Part shown: positions 25,639 through 36,881 of the stretch, in pieces
Layout of the letters: every line of letters starts with the position of its first letter
Numbering within the stretch: the stretch's first letter is position 1
Source of the DNA: Takakia lepidozioides
Taxonomy: Eukaryota > Plantae > Bryophyta
NCBI GenBank assembly: GCA_030704615.1
Contig: CM060734.1
Location: 8,990,001 to 9,054,000, forward strand
DNA length: 64,000 nucleotides
Reading direction: 5' to 3'
The notes under the pieces: generated by a model
The model's input: the letters and a program-made list of their open reading frames with translations, nothing else
Databases searched by the model: none
What the model was told of the DNA's origin: nothing
Made by a program: the position numbers and the translations under genes

Positions 25639-27193
25639 ATGGCTGCGGCTCGGGATGCCGTTGGAGCTCTGGGACCTGAAGGAGAAACCCACATGAAGGA
25701 AACCGGGAAATCCAAGGGCAGGCTACAGTTGAAGGTACGTTTATCGGATTCCTGGGTATAGCTCAGTTGGGGTGTGTGAGGCTGTGAGCTAGCATTGGCA
25801 TGGGGTGCTCAGCAGGCCTCGTTTGTCGATTTGCAGTGAGACTGCTGACTGCGGAATACTTTGTCAATTGTTTTGCTACTGCGCCAAATGTATGCAAAGT
25901 GGTTGCAGATTCTGGATGCAGTAAATAGACTGCATTTGGAATGACTTCGCAGTGAAGGGTTTCTGAGCCCGTTATTTTAATACCCGTAGTCTTGTGAGAT
26001 TCAGCAACTCTGCTTGCCCTGCGATAAGGTTTTATGGCTTAGCGTTGACCCTGCAGTGATTCAGACTGTCTTACAGCGTCGATATTTCATTCTTTGACGA
26101 AGGATTGTGTCTTCTGCCTTGTTAGTAATGAGGGTAGCCGTCCGAGATGGGTGGCAAGACGTCTCCCCTTCTTTCGTGTGGCTCTAGCTGTGACTGAAAG
26201 GAGGTCTGTCGTCTTTTCAAGTCATGGGTGGCAAGACGTCTCCCCTTCTTTCGTGTGGCTCTAGCTGTGACTGAAAGGAGGTCTGTCGTCTTTTCAAGTC
26301 ATACGTACACATTATGCCATGATATGTGCACATACATATTCTTGACCCAGAATGAAGGTATGATTGTGCAGGCTTTTATCACTATCTTCATTCCACTCTC
26401 TATTAACAGTAGTTTGTTCCTCTCTCAGCAATTTGGGAAGACTTCCGAGTAGTAGAGAAATGACAACAGTGTCACAATAAAAGAGTAGTACATGCTGGGC
26501 TGGAAGATGAAGCGATGGTCTCTAAAACTCTTTGTTATGCTTTGACCAGAAGGATCATCCATGGTCTTTGTGGGTCAAGAATACTAGAACCTGTCTGTTT
26601 GTGCCCCGGATTCCAGCTACACCCTGCAGAAACATCTCCTCTGAGCCCTGACTTTGCTTCCCTGGATTTACCCAAATGGTTTTGTGTGCACACATTGTTG
26701 TTAAATGCCGGGGCATGTTTAACAGCAGAGAGCTTCAGAATTGGCTATGTTGGTTCGTACCAAAAGTGGTTCCTGCGTGGGTGTTTAGTTTGTTCAGGTG
26801 GTTGTATTTTACATTGCTACATTGTCATTCAGTCATTGCTTGGTTTTTGCAATTTAAGTCTTTTGCTTGCATCTGTTTTTAAATTTTTGTACAACAGCTG
26901 AAGTGGCAATTGCCAGCAGGTTCTTGTGAGTGCCCATGTGACACCATTGTGAAGGACTCCCCAAGTATTAGAACACATTAGGTTAAGCTTTGGCCCAAGG
27001 GATGATTGCTAGCAAGAGGAGTTATCTCTGTTGTAATGCATCAACTTTCTGACAATTTGTCATCGAAGGATTATTGTGGTGCAGAATTTGAGAAGAACTC
27101 ATCAGATGGAGAGAGTAGGCCATGTGGCTTGTAGTTTTGTGTGATAATTTGTCTCTTTTTCCTTCAATGTTGCAGGGGTTTGTGGGGAGGTGA
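25639..27193 (+). promoter_or_regulatory. 5' leader of the RLK gene: exon to 25734, intron 25735-27175, and an intron-spanning 37-aa uORF
   Basis: Donor GAAG|GTACGT; acceptor polypyrimidine...TTGCAG|. ATG 25639 gives MAAARDAVGALGPEGETHMKETGKSKGRLQLK|GFVGR*. Confidence 0.55.
26147..26300. repeat. Exact 77-bp tandem duplication
   Basis: ATGGGTGGCAAGACG...TTTTCAAGTC at 26147-26223 and again at 26224-26300. Confidence 0.95.
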
Positions 27194-27407
27194 TTTATCA
27201 CAGGGGGTAATAATGGTGGCAAGGTTCCAAGGCTATTGACAAATGTTGGGCAGTTGTTTGAGACTGGGACACTGTATGATGGGCCTTTATCCAATTGTGA
27301 AAGGCAAGGATGCACAACCACGTCTGTGAAACTAGCTTGCAGGCACAGCTGAGAACTGAGGGGTGGAAGGATTAGATGATGGCCTAGTGAGGACCTCAGT
27401 ACCAACA

Positions 27408-29297
27408 ATGTTAGAGAAAGAGAGGGTCGGCTATAGAGGAAAGGGAGATGGCGTACTTGCAAGCAGGACTGGAGATGGCAGACTGGCGGTGCTGGGGCTG
27501 GTGCTGGCATTGTTGCAGGTGGTGAAGGTGATGGCCCAATCTAGTGATGCGACCTGCCTGCAGCTGTTCAAGGCCTCGGTGGGGGATCCTCAAGGCCGGC
27601 TGGACTCATGGAACGGTTCAAAAGTGTGCAAGTTCGAGGGTGTGACATGCCTTGGATTCGATACACCTCCAGTGTACACCCTTGAGCTGGGAAGCTTCCA
27701 GCTGACAGGTACCTTCCCAGCTGGGCTGAGTAGTTGTACCAGTCTCACGCACCTTGACTTAAGTGATAACGAGTTCACAGGTCCTATCCCTGATGATCTG
27801 TGTGCAAGTGTGCAAAATCTTGTTATTTTGAACCTGTCTTATAACCAGATTACCGGTCATATCCCTGCAAATCTCTCAAGCTGTACATACCTTAACAATC
27901 TAACCTTGAATAACAATGAGCTTACGGGAGAAATTCCAGGGCAGCTTGGGCAACTTGATCGGCTCAAGCAGTTGGATGTGTCAAATAACCGACTTGAAGG
28001 GATGATTCCTGCTAGTCTTGTGAACCACAAAATGGAATCCCAAACAGGTTTTCCGGCAAGCAGTTTCTTGAACAATGCAGGCCTTTGTGGTCCTCCTTTG
28101 AGCAACAATTGCACAGCCACCCATAAAGGGGGCACAAGTCCAGGGGTCATAGTGGGAGCTGCGGTTGGTGGTGCAATTGTGTTGGTGGCAATCGGGGCCT
28201 TGTTTGCATGGTTCTTCCTCGGACGACTGCGCAGAGCGGATGCTGTAATGATGAGAGACAAAAGCAAGTGGGCAAAACGCATCAAGGGGCCCAAATCAAT
28301 CACTGTGGCTATGTTTGCAAAGCCGCTGGTGAAAATCAGGTTGACTGACCTCATGGCGGCCACAGATGATTTTAGTAAGGATAACATCATCGGTACTGGT
28401 CGAACTGGCACTGTCTATAAAGCTACATTCCCCGATGGCTCAGTCATGGCAATCAAGAGGCTGCAAGATTCACCTCATACTAATCGTCAATTCAGGGCAG
28501 AGATGGAGTCACTTGGGCAGTTGAAACACCGCAACTTGGTGTCCCTGCTAGGTTACTGTCAGGCTGGTAGTGAGCGGCTACTAGTATACAAGTACATGCC
28601 TAGTGGAAGTGTTCGAGATCACTTGCATGATCTGCCTGAGAAGGAAATGTTGGGGTGGCCAATACGCGTGAAGATAGCCATTGGTGGGGCCCGGGGCCTT
28701 GCATGGCTGCACCATAGTTGCAATCCACGCATCATTCACCGCAACATCAGTGCCAGCTGTATACTTTTAGACGATGAATTTGAGCCCAAAATCACTGATT
28801 TTGGGTTGGCACGCCTCATGAATCCTGTGGACACCCATATCAGCACGTTTGTGAATGGGGGTTTTGGGGATGTCGGGTATGTGGCACCTGAGTACGTACG
28901 CACACTGGTGGCTACAACCAAGGGTGATGTGTATAGCTTTGGTGTGGTTCTGCTGGAGCTTACTACAAGCCAAAAACCAGTTGAAGTCCTGGTGGATGGT
29001 GATTTCAAAGGAAACCTGGCAGAGTGGGTGGGGATGCTGTCAGCCGATGGGCGCATTGCCGATGCGGTAGACCAGTCTTTGGCTGGCAAGGGAGTAGATG
29101 AGGAGATAATGCAGATTCTGAGGGTGGGCAGCTCCTGTGTCCTCCCAAATGCAAAGGAGCGGCCAACCATGTATGAGGTTTATCAACTACTGCGGGCAAT
29201 CGGTCAGAAATACAGCTACACTGATCCGTTTGATGACTTGCCAACTGTATCAGACTCGGTGAGTATGGGAGATGAACTCATTGTCTCTGCGAAGTAG
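27408..29297 (+). CDS. BIR-family (LRR-Xa) leucine-rich-repeat receptor-like kinase, atypical/pseudokinase, 629 aa, intronless CDS
   Basis: Signal-peptide-like LAVLGLVLALLQ; cap W-x6-CKFEGVTC; about 5 LRRs; GLCGPPL; TM helix; kinase GTGRTGTVYK, AIKRL, HRNISASCILL (Asn replaces catalytic Asp, as in BIR1), DFG, APE. First in-frame ATG is at 27408. Confidence 0.95.
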   Translation: MLEKERVGYRGKGDGVLASRTGDGRLAVLGLVLALLQVVKVMAQSSDATCLQLFKASVGDPQGRLDSWNGSKVCKFEGVTCLGFDTPPVYTLELGSFQLTGTFPAGLSSCTSLTHLDLSDNEFTGPIPDDLCASVQNLVILNLSYNQITGHIPANLSSCTYLNNLTLNNNELTGEIPGQLGQLDRLKQLDVSNNRLEGMIPASLVNHKMESQTGFPASSFLNNAGLCGPPLSNNCTATHKGGTSPGVIVGAAVGGAIVLVAIGALFAWFFLGRLRRADAVMMRDKSKWAKRIKGPKSITVAMFAKPLVKIRLTDLMAATDDFSKDNIIGTGRTGTVYKATFPDGSVMAIKRLQDSPHTNRQFRAEMESLGQLKHRNLVSLLGYCQAGSERLLVYKYMPSGSVRDHLHDLPEKEMLGWPIRVKIAIGGARGLAWLHHSCNPRIIHRNISASCILLDDEFEPKITDFGLARLMNPVDTHISTFVNGGFGDVGYVAPEYVRTLVATTKGDVYSFGVVLLELTTSQKPVEVLVDGDFKGNLAEWVGMLSADGRIADAVDQSLAGKGVDEEIMQILRVGSSCVLPNAKERPTMYEVYQLLRAIGQKYSYTDPFDDLPTVSDSVSMGDELIVSAK

Positions 29298-30736
29298 CAT
29301 TTTTGATGGTGGCATTTAGGGTGTCTACCTTCCCTCTAGTCGTTGCCAGTCACATGTTGAGGGATTTTGTCATAGTGCCGAAGTCCCTGTATTGTGTCAG
29401 AGGTGAATGGCGACAAGTAGGAAAAGTGGAAGTTTTTTAGTTAATGTACTTCCCTTCTAATATCATCCTGTGAAACTCTGAGTAGATTATCTTGTGGCCT
29501 ACATTTTGTGCTCGTTGCATCTAGAAGGGTACGAAATCAATCAATAGACAGCCTGTGGCCAGCCAAAAGCCTACTAAAGACTTGGATCCTCTGCATCAGC
29601 TTCCACCAGACTATTTAAGCGTATTTGTTTTTCTATTACACTGTCCATTTCAGGCCTTTTTGTCTTGGATGTATGTATGTGCTGGGATATGTGGTTCACT
29701 TATTGTGTTAGAGGAGAAGGCGGATGACAGTCTTGTTCTTGTCCGTCCTGGTTATGAAGGTTAACTAGTGACATTGAGGTATGTTTTCAGGAAGGATTGG
29801 CTCTCAACTCTGGCTCTTTCATGTTCAGTAGCTCGGAAGGCCTAACAAACAAAAAGAATTAACCAGCGACTCTGGCAATCCTCCAGCTTTCAGCCATCAA
29901 ATAATGTGTACCTACTTTCCGGTCTTCTATGGAAGAGGTATAAGTCTTAGCCCAAGAACTTTCCAGGATGAGATGCATGTCCCTGTGTAGATCGACGAGG
30001 CATCCTGGAAAGTTAGTGAGCCAGTATTTACCTGTTGAAAAGACCCGTCTTCGACTTGAGACACTTGTTCAGGTCCCAGGGCAGAACTCCATAATCTACA
30101 ATTGCAGCCCCCATCAAGGGGCAGGCAGGAATTCTTGTTTGGAAAGTCCCCATTTTAACTAAGAGATAATTTCATCAGGTCTCTAGGATGGAGTTGCAGC
30201 TCCCCAATTCTAACAGAGTCTGTAACTTCTCTAGGCAAGGATACTTCTGGAAATTGGTGATTTGTGCTTTGTGTTGGGCATTGGAACTTATCGCTGATGT
30301 TGGAACGAAAGGAATATGGAAGCTGCATGTTTCAAAGTTTGGGAGCTTGTGCTTGTGCACCCCCATGAACTAGACAAGTTGCAGCAATATAGGGCTGAAA
30401 CTTGATGCCATCACAAATCTGTTATTGCTGTACTTCATTACAAAACAAATCTACATTCTGAATCCACCCGACTGTTTGACTATTCGTGAATGGGAAGGAA
30501 GCAAAGGAAAGTTAGAGAAATCTTCTCCAATCTATTACTTTCTAATCATCATCATCACGAGACAAGGCGGTCCTCACAATTAAAATATCTGGGATCCTTC
30601 TTCGTGCATCCTGACTTCAGAATCATTTTAGCATGGAAACCCACATGCAGTTAACAGTAGAAGGGAGGATATAAGAAAAGGATGTGGGAGTGGTCTCCAC
30701 AAGTGCGTGCGTCACTGCACGCATTTCTGGAGTGAT

Positions 30737-33700
30737 GGAGCGTAGCTACGGTGTGAGCCTTGCCCCATGAGCCTATGAGCTGGGCTCACGCTTTACCCAC
30801 TAAATGTGAGCCTAGGCATATGCTTAGCAAGCGTGAGCGCAGGGTTTAGGGTGTTGGAGACAGGCCCTATAGCCGAGGACATGACCACGAGGGCCTATTA
30901 CCGTGGTATGAGCAAAAACGGAATATTGCATTCTGCAAAATGAGGATGGACAATCATGACATACAAGGAAATGCACAATTAGAGCATGCATTCACTTCAA
31001 GGACATGAACATGCATTGCTTGAATTGTATTGAAGCCACCCACAAATGTGAGGGTGAAAAAGATATTGAGATGTTCTAATGTAGCCTCCTTGTACTCAAC
31101 ATCCGTGACAACTAGCAATGTCCACAAGTTGTATTGACATGCTCCTAAAGACTACATAGGCTACCATTCAATATGTTTGAGAGCTGTCGCGCTGCAGAAG
31201 AGTATCAACTTTGCTAAAAGCAAGCGTGGCCTGGTGAATGAACGGGTCTCTTTTGGGGTCACAATACATCATGTGCAAATATATGAAGAACAGAGCCAAA
31301 AGTGACCAATGTATACACCCGACCATAGCTAGGGGGAGGAACTTCCATGATATCTGTTACCCGCGCCTGTAGAATTCTTATTGACTCCACCTTGCAGTCG
31401 TGATCTGTATCTGAAGGCACACGGTGCATTGTTGTTCCATTCCTTTTCGCAGATCGTGAATTGGCCCCGGCAGGAGGCACTCTAGCAACAGAAGGGAAAA
31501 TGGTACCTACGTCAGGTGTAGACAGTACTGAAGAACGTGCAAGACAAAAACCAACGTCCTCCAACATCCCAATCTTGCGTGATGAGAGAAGGTTCCCCCA
31601 TTCTCTGGCCAAATATTAGGTGGGGACAGCTTCATTATGACAGAGTTGCGCACCCTTCCACTCACACATTGAGCAATATCATCCGGGTAGAACCAGAATT
31701 TATGAACCTTAGATTCCCTTTTCCCATATGGACGAAACAACCTTGTGAACGTAGGAGCATGAGTGCCACCAGAGCCTTTCACTATCTTGGAGATACATTT
31801 CACAAAAGTATTTGCCCAGATTGTTGTACATCCCGCTCTAGACCCAACTGCAGTGCGCTCCATGTGCCATTCAGAGTCAATATAGACAGACTCTTGCACA
31901 TGCACCATCATGTCCTCAACACAACCTGCAACTGCAGTGGTGGGAGGTGAAGAAAAATGTTGGGTAGAAGATGATCCAACAGCAAATGTGCTAGCAGATG
32001 ACACCGTGGATTGGAGATACCCGATGAACAAAGAAATTGTCTCTGTCATGGCGATAAGAATCCCCATCTGAACCTGGAGGGGTGTTCAATTTCCGTTTAC
32101 ATTAACCAAACCTCTCCTCATCTTCCAAATGAGGAACTCTCAATTGCAAAGGTGAACCTACTATGCATCTGTTGACGGCCTTTGCCATCTTTGTTGGATC
32201 CCCTGATCTGGTCGTGACCCTGAGCATCAATTCACTTGTATCTGGTCCCCTCCCTCTAGACCGTCCCTTGAGAAAATCACGATATCTGGTTTGCTGCGAA
32301 AATGCTTGCGCCATATCATCCGTTGTAGCTACATACAAGTCATGACCAGATTTGCCGGATTGTTGCCTCCAAGCATTGTGAACGGTTTCCGCCAAATTGT
32401 TGGAAGGTGCAACGTCTTCAAGGGACATGTCATATAACACAAAGGCAAAAGAAACTTTAGAAAGAATGCGGGAGGAATTGGTGCAAGGAATAGAAACAAA
32501 TGGGCTGTAAATGAGACAACATTGCAATGTGGTTGCAGAGGCCTTACTGTTGTCATGAAAGCTCCCCATTGCCTGTACCAGAAATGCCAGAAGACCAATT
32601 TGTCATCCAACTCTTTCACACCATCCTCGGTCGCAGCCCCGGATGAAAGCCACCATGCTCGGATTGTCTTGTACCTGCTATCAGCCTCACCCGTGCTATT
32701 TTAGCATTCATGTATATTAAACACAGCCTCCTATGCTCTGCCTAAAGATCAAGTCTTATACACATTTTTGTATGTTTTTCCAAAGATTGTGTCCAATGGA
32801 AAAGACAAATGCGCTCCCTATTTGACATAGACATCTTGGGATCTCCAGATCCAAAAACACGCAGCACTGCATTGAAATTTGTTTGCGCGTTATCGGCCAT
32901 GAACCTTGTAAAATTTGTATCTGCAACACCATCGGCCTTCATGACAAAAATCAAAGAATTCCACATGAGCATTTGGGACTCGGTATCTTCCAACTGCATG
33001 TCACAAATGGCAATCGCCATGACACGCTGGTAAACTTGATCATAAACATCACATGCCATGGTTGTCCAACCCTTCACTCGTTTACAGTGATCAAACATCA
33101 TCCACGCCTTCTCCAAATCTCCTCCAAGTTGCATGCGCTTAACAAGGCTGACACCGCTACCCTCACCCACTGTAGATCACATCTTGAACAAGTAAACTTT
33201 GAAATAGCCTTGACCAGGAAAAACATTATCTTGAATGAAATCATACCGACTTCAACGTTTCAGCTCAAGAATGTTATCCATGCAACCTCTATTACCAAGG
33301 CCCAATCTCAATGCATTCGCGTGATTCCAAATATTTGGAGAGCTCAAGACAGAGAAATGGTCCATGACTGCATCTAACCAGCGCGCTTTTTAGGGGAGTC
33401 CTCTCGCCCAAGTATGTGCCTCTCAAGAAATGTGTCCCCTCGCCCTTTCTGATGTGAGAGGGCATGCAGTCGACTGGACCGCTGCTTGCCTGCTTGCTTG
33501 CTTGCAAGAGTTGTAGAACTGCCATGGCTGCAAAAATTACGTCTTTATTAGTATTGACCCATTTTTGTGGAGACGGCGGGTTGTAGGTGCAATAAGAAAA
33601 CAATATAATCCCTACAACTGTGCCAATTTTATAAATAAAGACGAAGTCAAACTAGCACCCTGCCAAACTTCATAACAGTTGAACAAATATTCTTCCTCAA

Positions 33701-34300
33701 GCTCATGTTGATATATGTATTGGCAACAGAGACTAAGACCCTATAAGAGATGTCAGCATGTAGCCAGCATTACAGAGGAGATAAAGTGTTGAGTTGTCAT
33801 TTGGTATGTTTTCACAATGTCCAGAGATTCTATAGAGTTCTTGATGTATATGGAAGTTTAAGACTGTTAAACAGCGTCAAATAACTCTCTAGAGATGTCC
33901 TAGCTTAACATAGCAAACTCTGCTATAATCTCCTTGCAATTCGTGCTAAATTTTGATGATGGAAGGCCTCCCAGTTTTGCTACTTGTTCCATCAAAAGTT
34001 GTGCACTAGTGGGACCCTTTGCAAGCCTTGCCATCATTAGTATGGGTTGCCAACTACATGAACCCCGCACTCAACCCAAAGTGTCATTCACCAAAAAATC
34101 TGTTTCAATTACCCATCAAAGAACATGTATGCCATCATCAGACTCATTAACCACGCTCAGTTTTTCGCGCCAATAGTGGTAAAACCCCAAAATCTGCCAA
34201 TTGTTGTGAATGGCATATCCTTGACCGTGGGTAGAGTACCATGTATGGGTATATCACAAAATTCCACTAATTGAGGGTCCACTTCGAGAAAGGACCTGGA
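30737..34300 (-). mobile_element. Mutator-like element with a degenerate DDE transposase (~33600 to 31260) pointing toward a GTGAGCC-type terminus at ~30737
   Basis: MFDHCKRV (D1), FMADNAQ (D2), CLFHW (CxxH) and NLAETVHNAW (E); stops and frameshifts. The terminus has GTGAGCC/ATGAGCC repeats and AGGGTTTAGGGTGT, as at 57238-57367. Confidence 0.8.
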
Positions 34301-35793
34301 GGAGGTCCAACATGGGGGAGAGAAAGAGAAGCCCCCACCTGTACTTCACAAAACAACAACACCACAAAGCACAAGAATTCTTCTTCGACTACTTGTGATT
34401 TTGTTCTAGGAATTAGAGACACTACTGCAGAAGGGGTGGGGGGTGGGGTTTAGCGACGCACAACCCCCCGCGCCCCATTTCCCATGCGACGCAACAACCG
34501 CGGCGGTTTTTGCGACGCCTGGAGCGTCGCAGAAATTTTTGCGATGCCCAGAGCGTCGCAAGGCGGCAGAGGAATTGACCAATTTGGCCAAGTCCGTGGC
34601 TGCGACGCCCTCAGGTTTGCTCTTGGAGGGCAAAAGCGTCGTTGTTTTATTGCGACGCCGTTGCCGTCGCTTGGGAAGCGACGACTCGGGCGTCGCAGAG
34701 CGATGCCATTTTGGCCAAGTCCATTTTTGCGACGCCTAGGGCGTCGCAGGGTCAGTCTGAAAAAATAAAATAAAAATAAAAAATAAAATCGCAGATTAAC
34801 TTTTCCGGGAATTTCCAAGGACCAAAAGTACTTGAAAATCCATATCTCCCACCCCGCAGGTCCAAAAATCATGAGAATAAGCCGGTGCATCCCTACTACC
34901 GTAGTACCTTGGCAACTTCGACACCGAGACCCGATGCTCTACGTTTTACCAAGTGGGTTGCCGCCACGAACAGGAGTGTATCATAGGATTAATATTTCAA
35001 AGATTGTTGAAGTTTTTGGAAATTGATTTTGTGAAAGTAAGGAACTTTGTGAATGATAATAAAGCATATTTAGGAATATTCCATATGTTGAAATGAAATT
35101 CTCAAAATAAAATAAATATTCGACATATGATTGTTGATCTTGCCAAGGTACTACGGTATACATATATCCAATCATTGTCCGAGGAAAGCCCAAAAAAAAC
35201 TTGAAAACAAACAAATTAACTATTTGAAAAATTCCCCCTCGGTTAGCCTTACGGCCTCCCTGGTGGTTATTTTTTCCACCTTTTGTGAACTCTATTTTAT
35301 TTAATTTGATTAAAAGGGCCACTGTCCTCTTTCCATTTTTTTTTTAAAAAAAAATCAATTGAAATTTTCCATGAATTTATTTAGTAATATATCCAATCAT
35401 TGTTCCAAGAAGGCCCACTTTGCTATTTTTCACCAATTTCCAGCGACCATGTGTGAAGAGTTGAAAAAAACCCTTGAAAACAAACAAACAAACAACCTTG
35501 CTTCGAGAAAACCAATTATTTCCAAGGCGTCGCATGCAGGGATGTGGCCAAACTTGCAGTCCCTGGGTCGCACCAATGTGTTTTTTTTCAAATTTTCAAA
35601 ATAACAGGAGTGGCTACTGAGTTTTGCTGGAAATAGCCATATTTTCTGTTTATCCACTATATTTTGGACAGAATCATCCTCATCTGTACTTTCGTCCATG
35701 TATATCATCCATATTAGATGAATTAATCATTCAAGATTTATATTTTTTTGGAGAGATTTGGCGATTTCATCCATGAGAAAATAGGGAATTTAC

Positions 35794-36881
35794 CAGTGTT
35801 GTGCGGGTATATTGATTTCAATATACCCTTAGGGTATAAGTAAATTATTTTTGTCAAATCATTTACCCTCCGGGTATGGATAAATTGAAATCTCAAAAAA
35901 TTATTTACCCTCCGGGTATGGGTAAATTAACTTTTCAGATTTCTATATAACCCCCGGGTATGGATATACATGCCAAAATATACCCTGAGGGTATGAATAG
36001 TTTTCGGGTATGGATAGTTATTTCCATTAATATATAATTTAATGGTTTTAAAGAATATATGATGTTCTTCAATATGTACAAAACACAAATAAAAACAATC
36101 TATGGTAAAAGAGAAAATTGATAAGATATTGCATAATATTTTGGTGTTAATTTCCAATGCAAGATGGAGGAGGTTTGAGATTATAAAAAAAGCACATCGG
36201 CTGGTAGCTCAGCTGGTAAGTGCACAGTGTGTGTTACTTAGGTGGTTCGGGGTTCGAACCCGCTGCCCTGCCCCGTGTGTGGGATTGTTGTGTGACGGTA
36301 TATCTGGGCTTTGATCGTACCGTAGGTCTCATGGCCCATAAATGAAAGGGGGTTAATCTTTCCCCCTCCTCAAGGGCGTGAATTGTGGGCTGTCACTCCC
36401 AGATTTCCTTAAATAAATAAATAAATAAAAACCCCTCAAGGACCTAAATTGTGGGCTGTCAGGTTTCCTTATATATATATATATATATATATATGCGAGA
36501 TCTGAAGAGGTATTGTTTGGATTATATGACATTTAAGGAATGATATATATCTAACATTTGTTTTAGTTGTGCTTGGAGCTTTCTTATAGCTCAAGGCTCC
36601 CTAACAACACAACAAAAAGAGAAAAGACCTAGCACATAAAGGCTATGAAGGCACATAAAGGCCCTTATATACCCTGATTAGATATACCCTTCATTTTAAC
36701 ATATACCCTTCAGGAAAGTAGGGTATATTGAGGGTCTTGATGTAGGGTAAATATAAGGATAAGGGTATATCATAAAAATATACCCTGATATAAGGGTATA
36801 CATCCGGGTACCTAAACTTGCCACACCAGGGTATACATATATCGGGTATATCAGGGTAATTCATATACCCGCCCAACACTG
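35794..36881. mobile_element. Non-autonomous hAT-type element (1088 bp) nested in the CACTA relic
   Basis: TIR CAGTGTTGKGCGGGTATAT; exact 8-bp TSD GAATTTAC (35786-35793 and 36882-36889); many GGGTAT/ATACCC subterminal repeats. Confidence 0.93.
36199..36430 (+). mobile_element. tRNA-derived SINE-like sequence inside the hAT element
   Basis: Pol III box A TAGCTCAGCTGG (36205), box B GGTTCGAACCC (36251) and a (TAAA)n tail at ~36410-36430. Confidence 0.6.

Noticed and set aside
27363-27407. ORF-track start of the kinase at GTG 27363
   Set aside because: This is a eukaryotic gene; the first in-frame ATG at 27408 precedes the signal-peptide-like segment.
36199-36275. Functional tRNA gene
   Set aside because: Boxes A and B are present, but I see no convincing acceptor or anticodon stems, and it is followed by a SINE-like body and tail.
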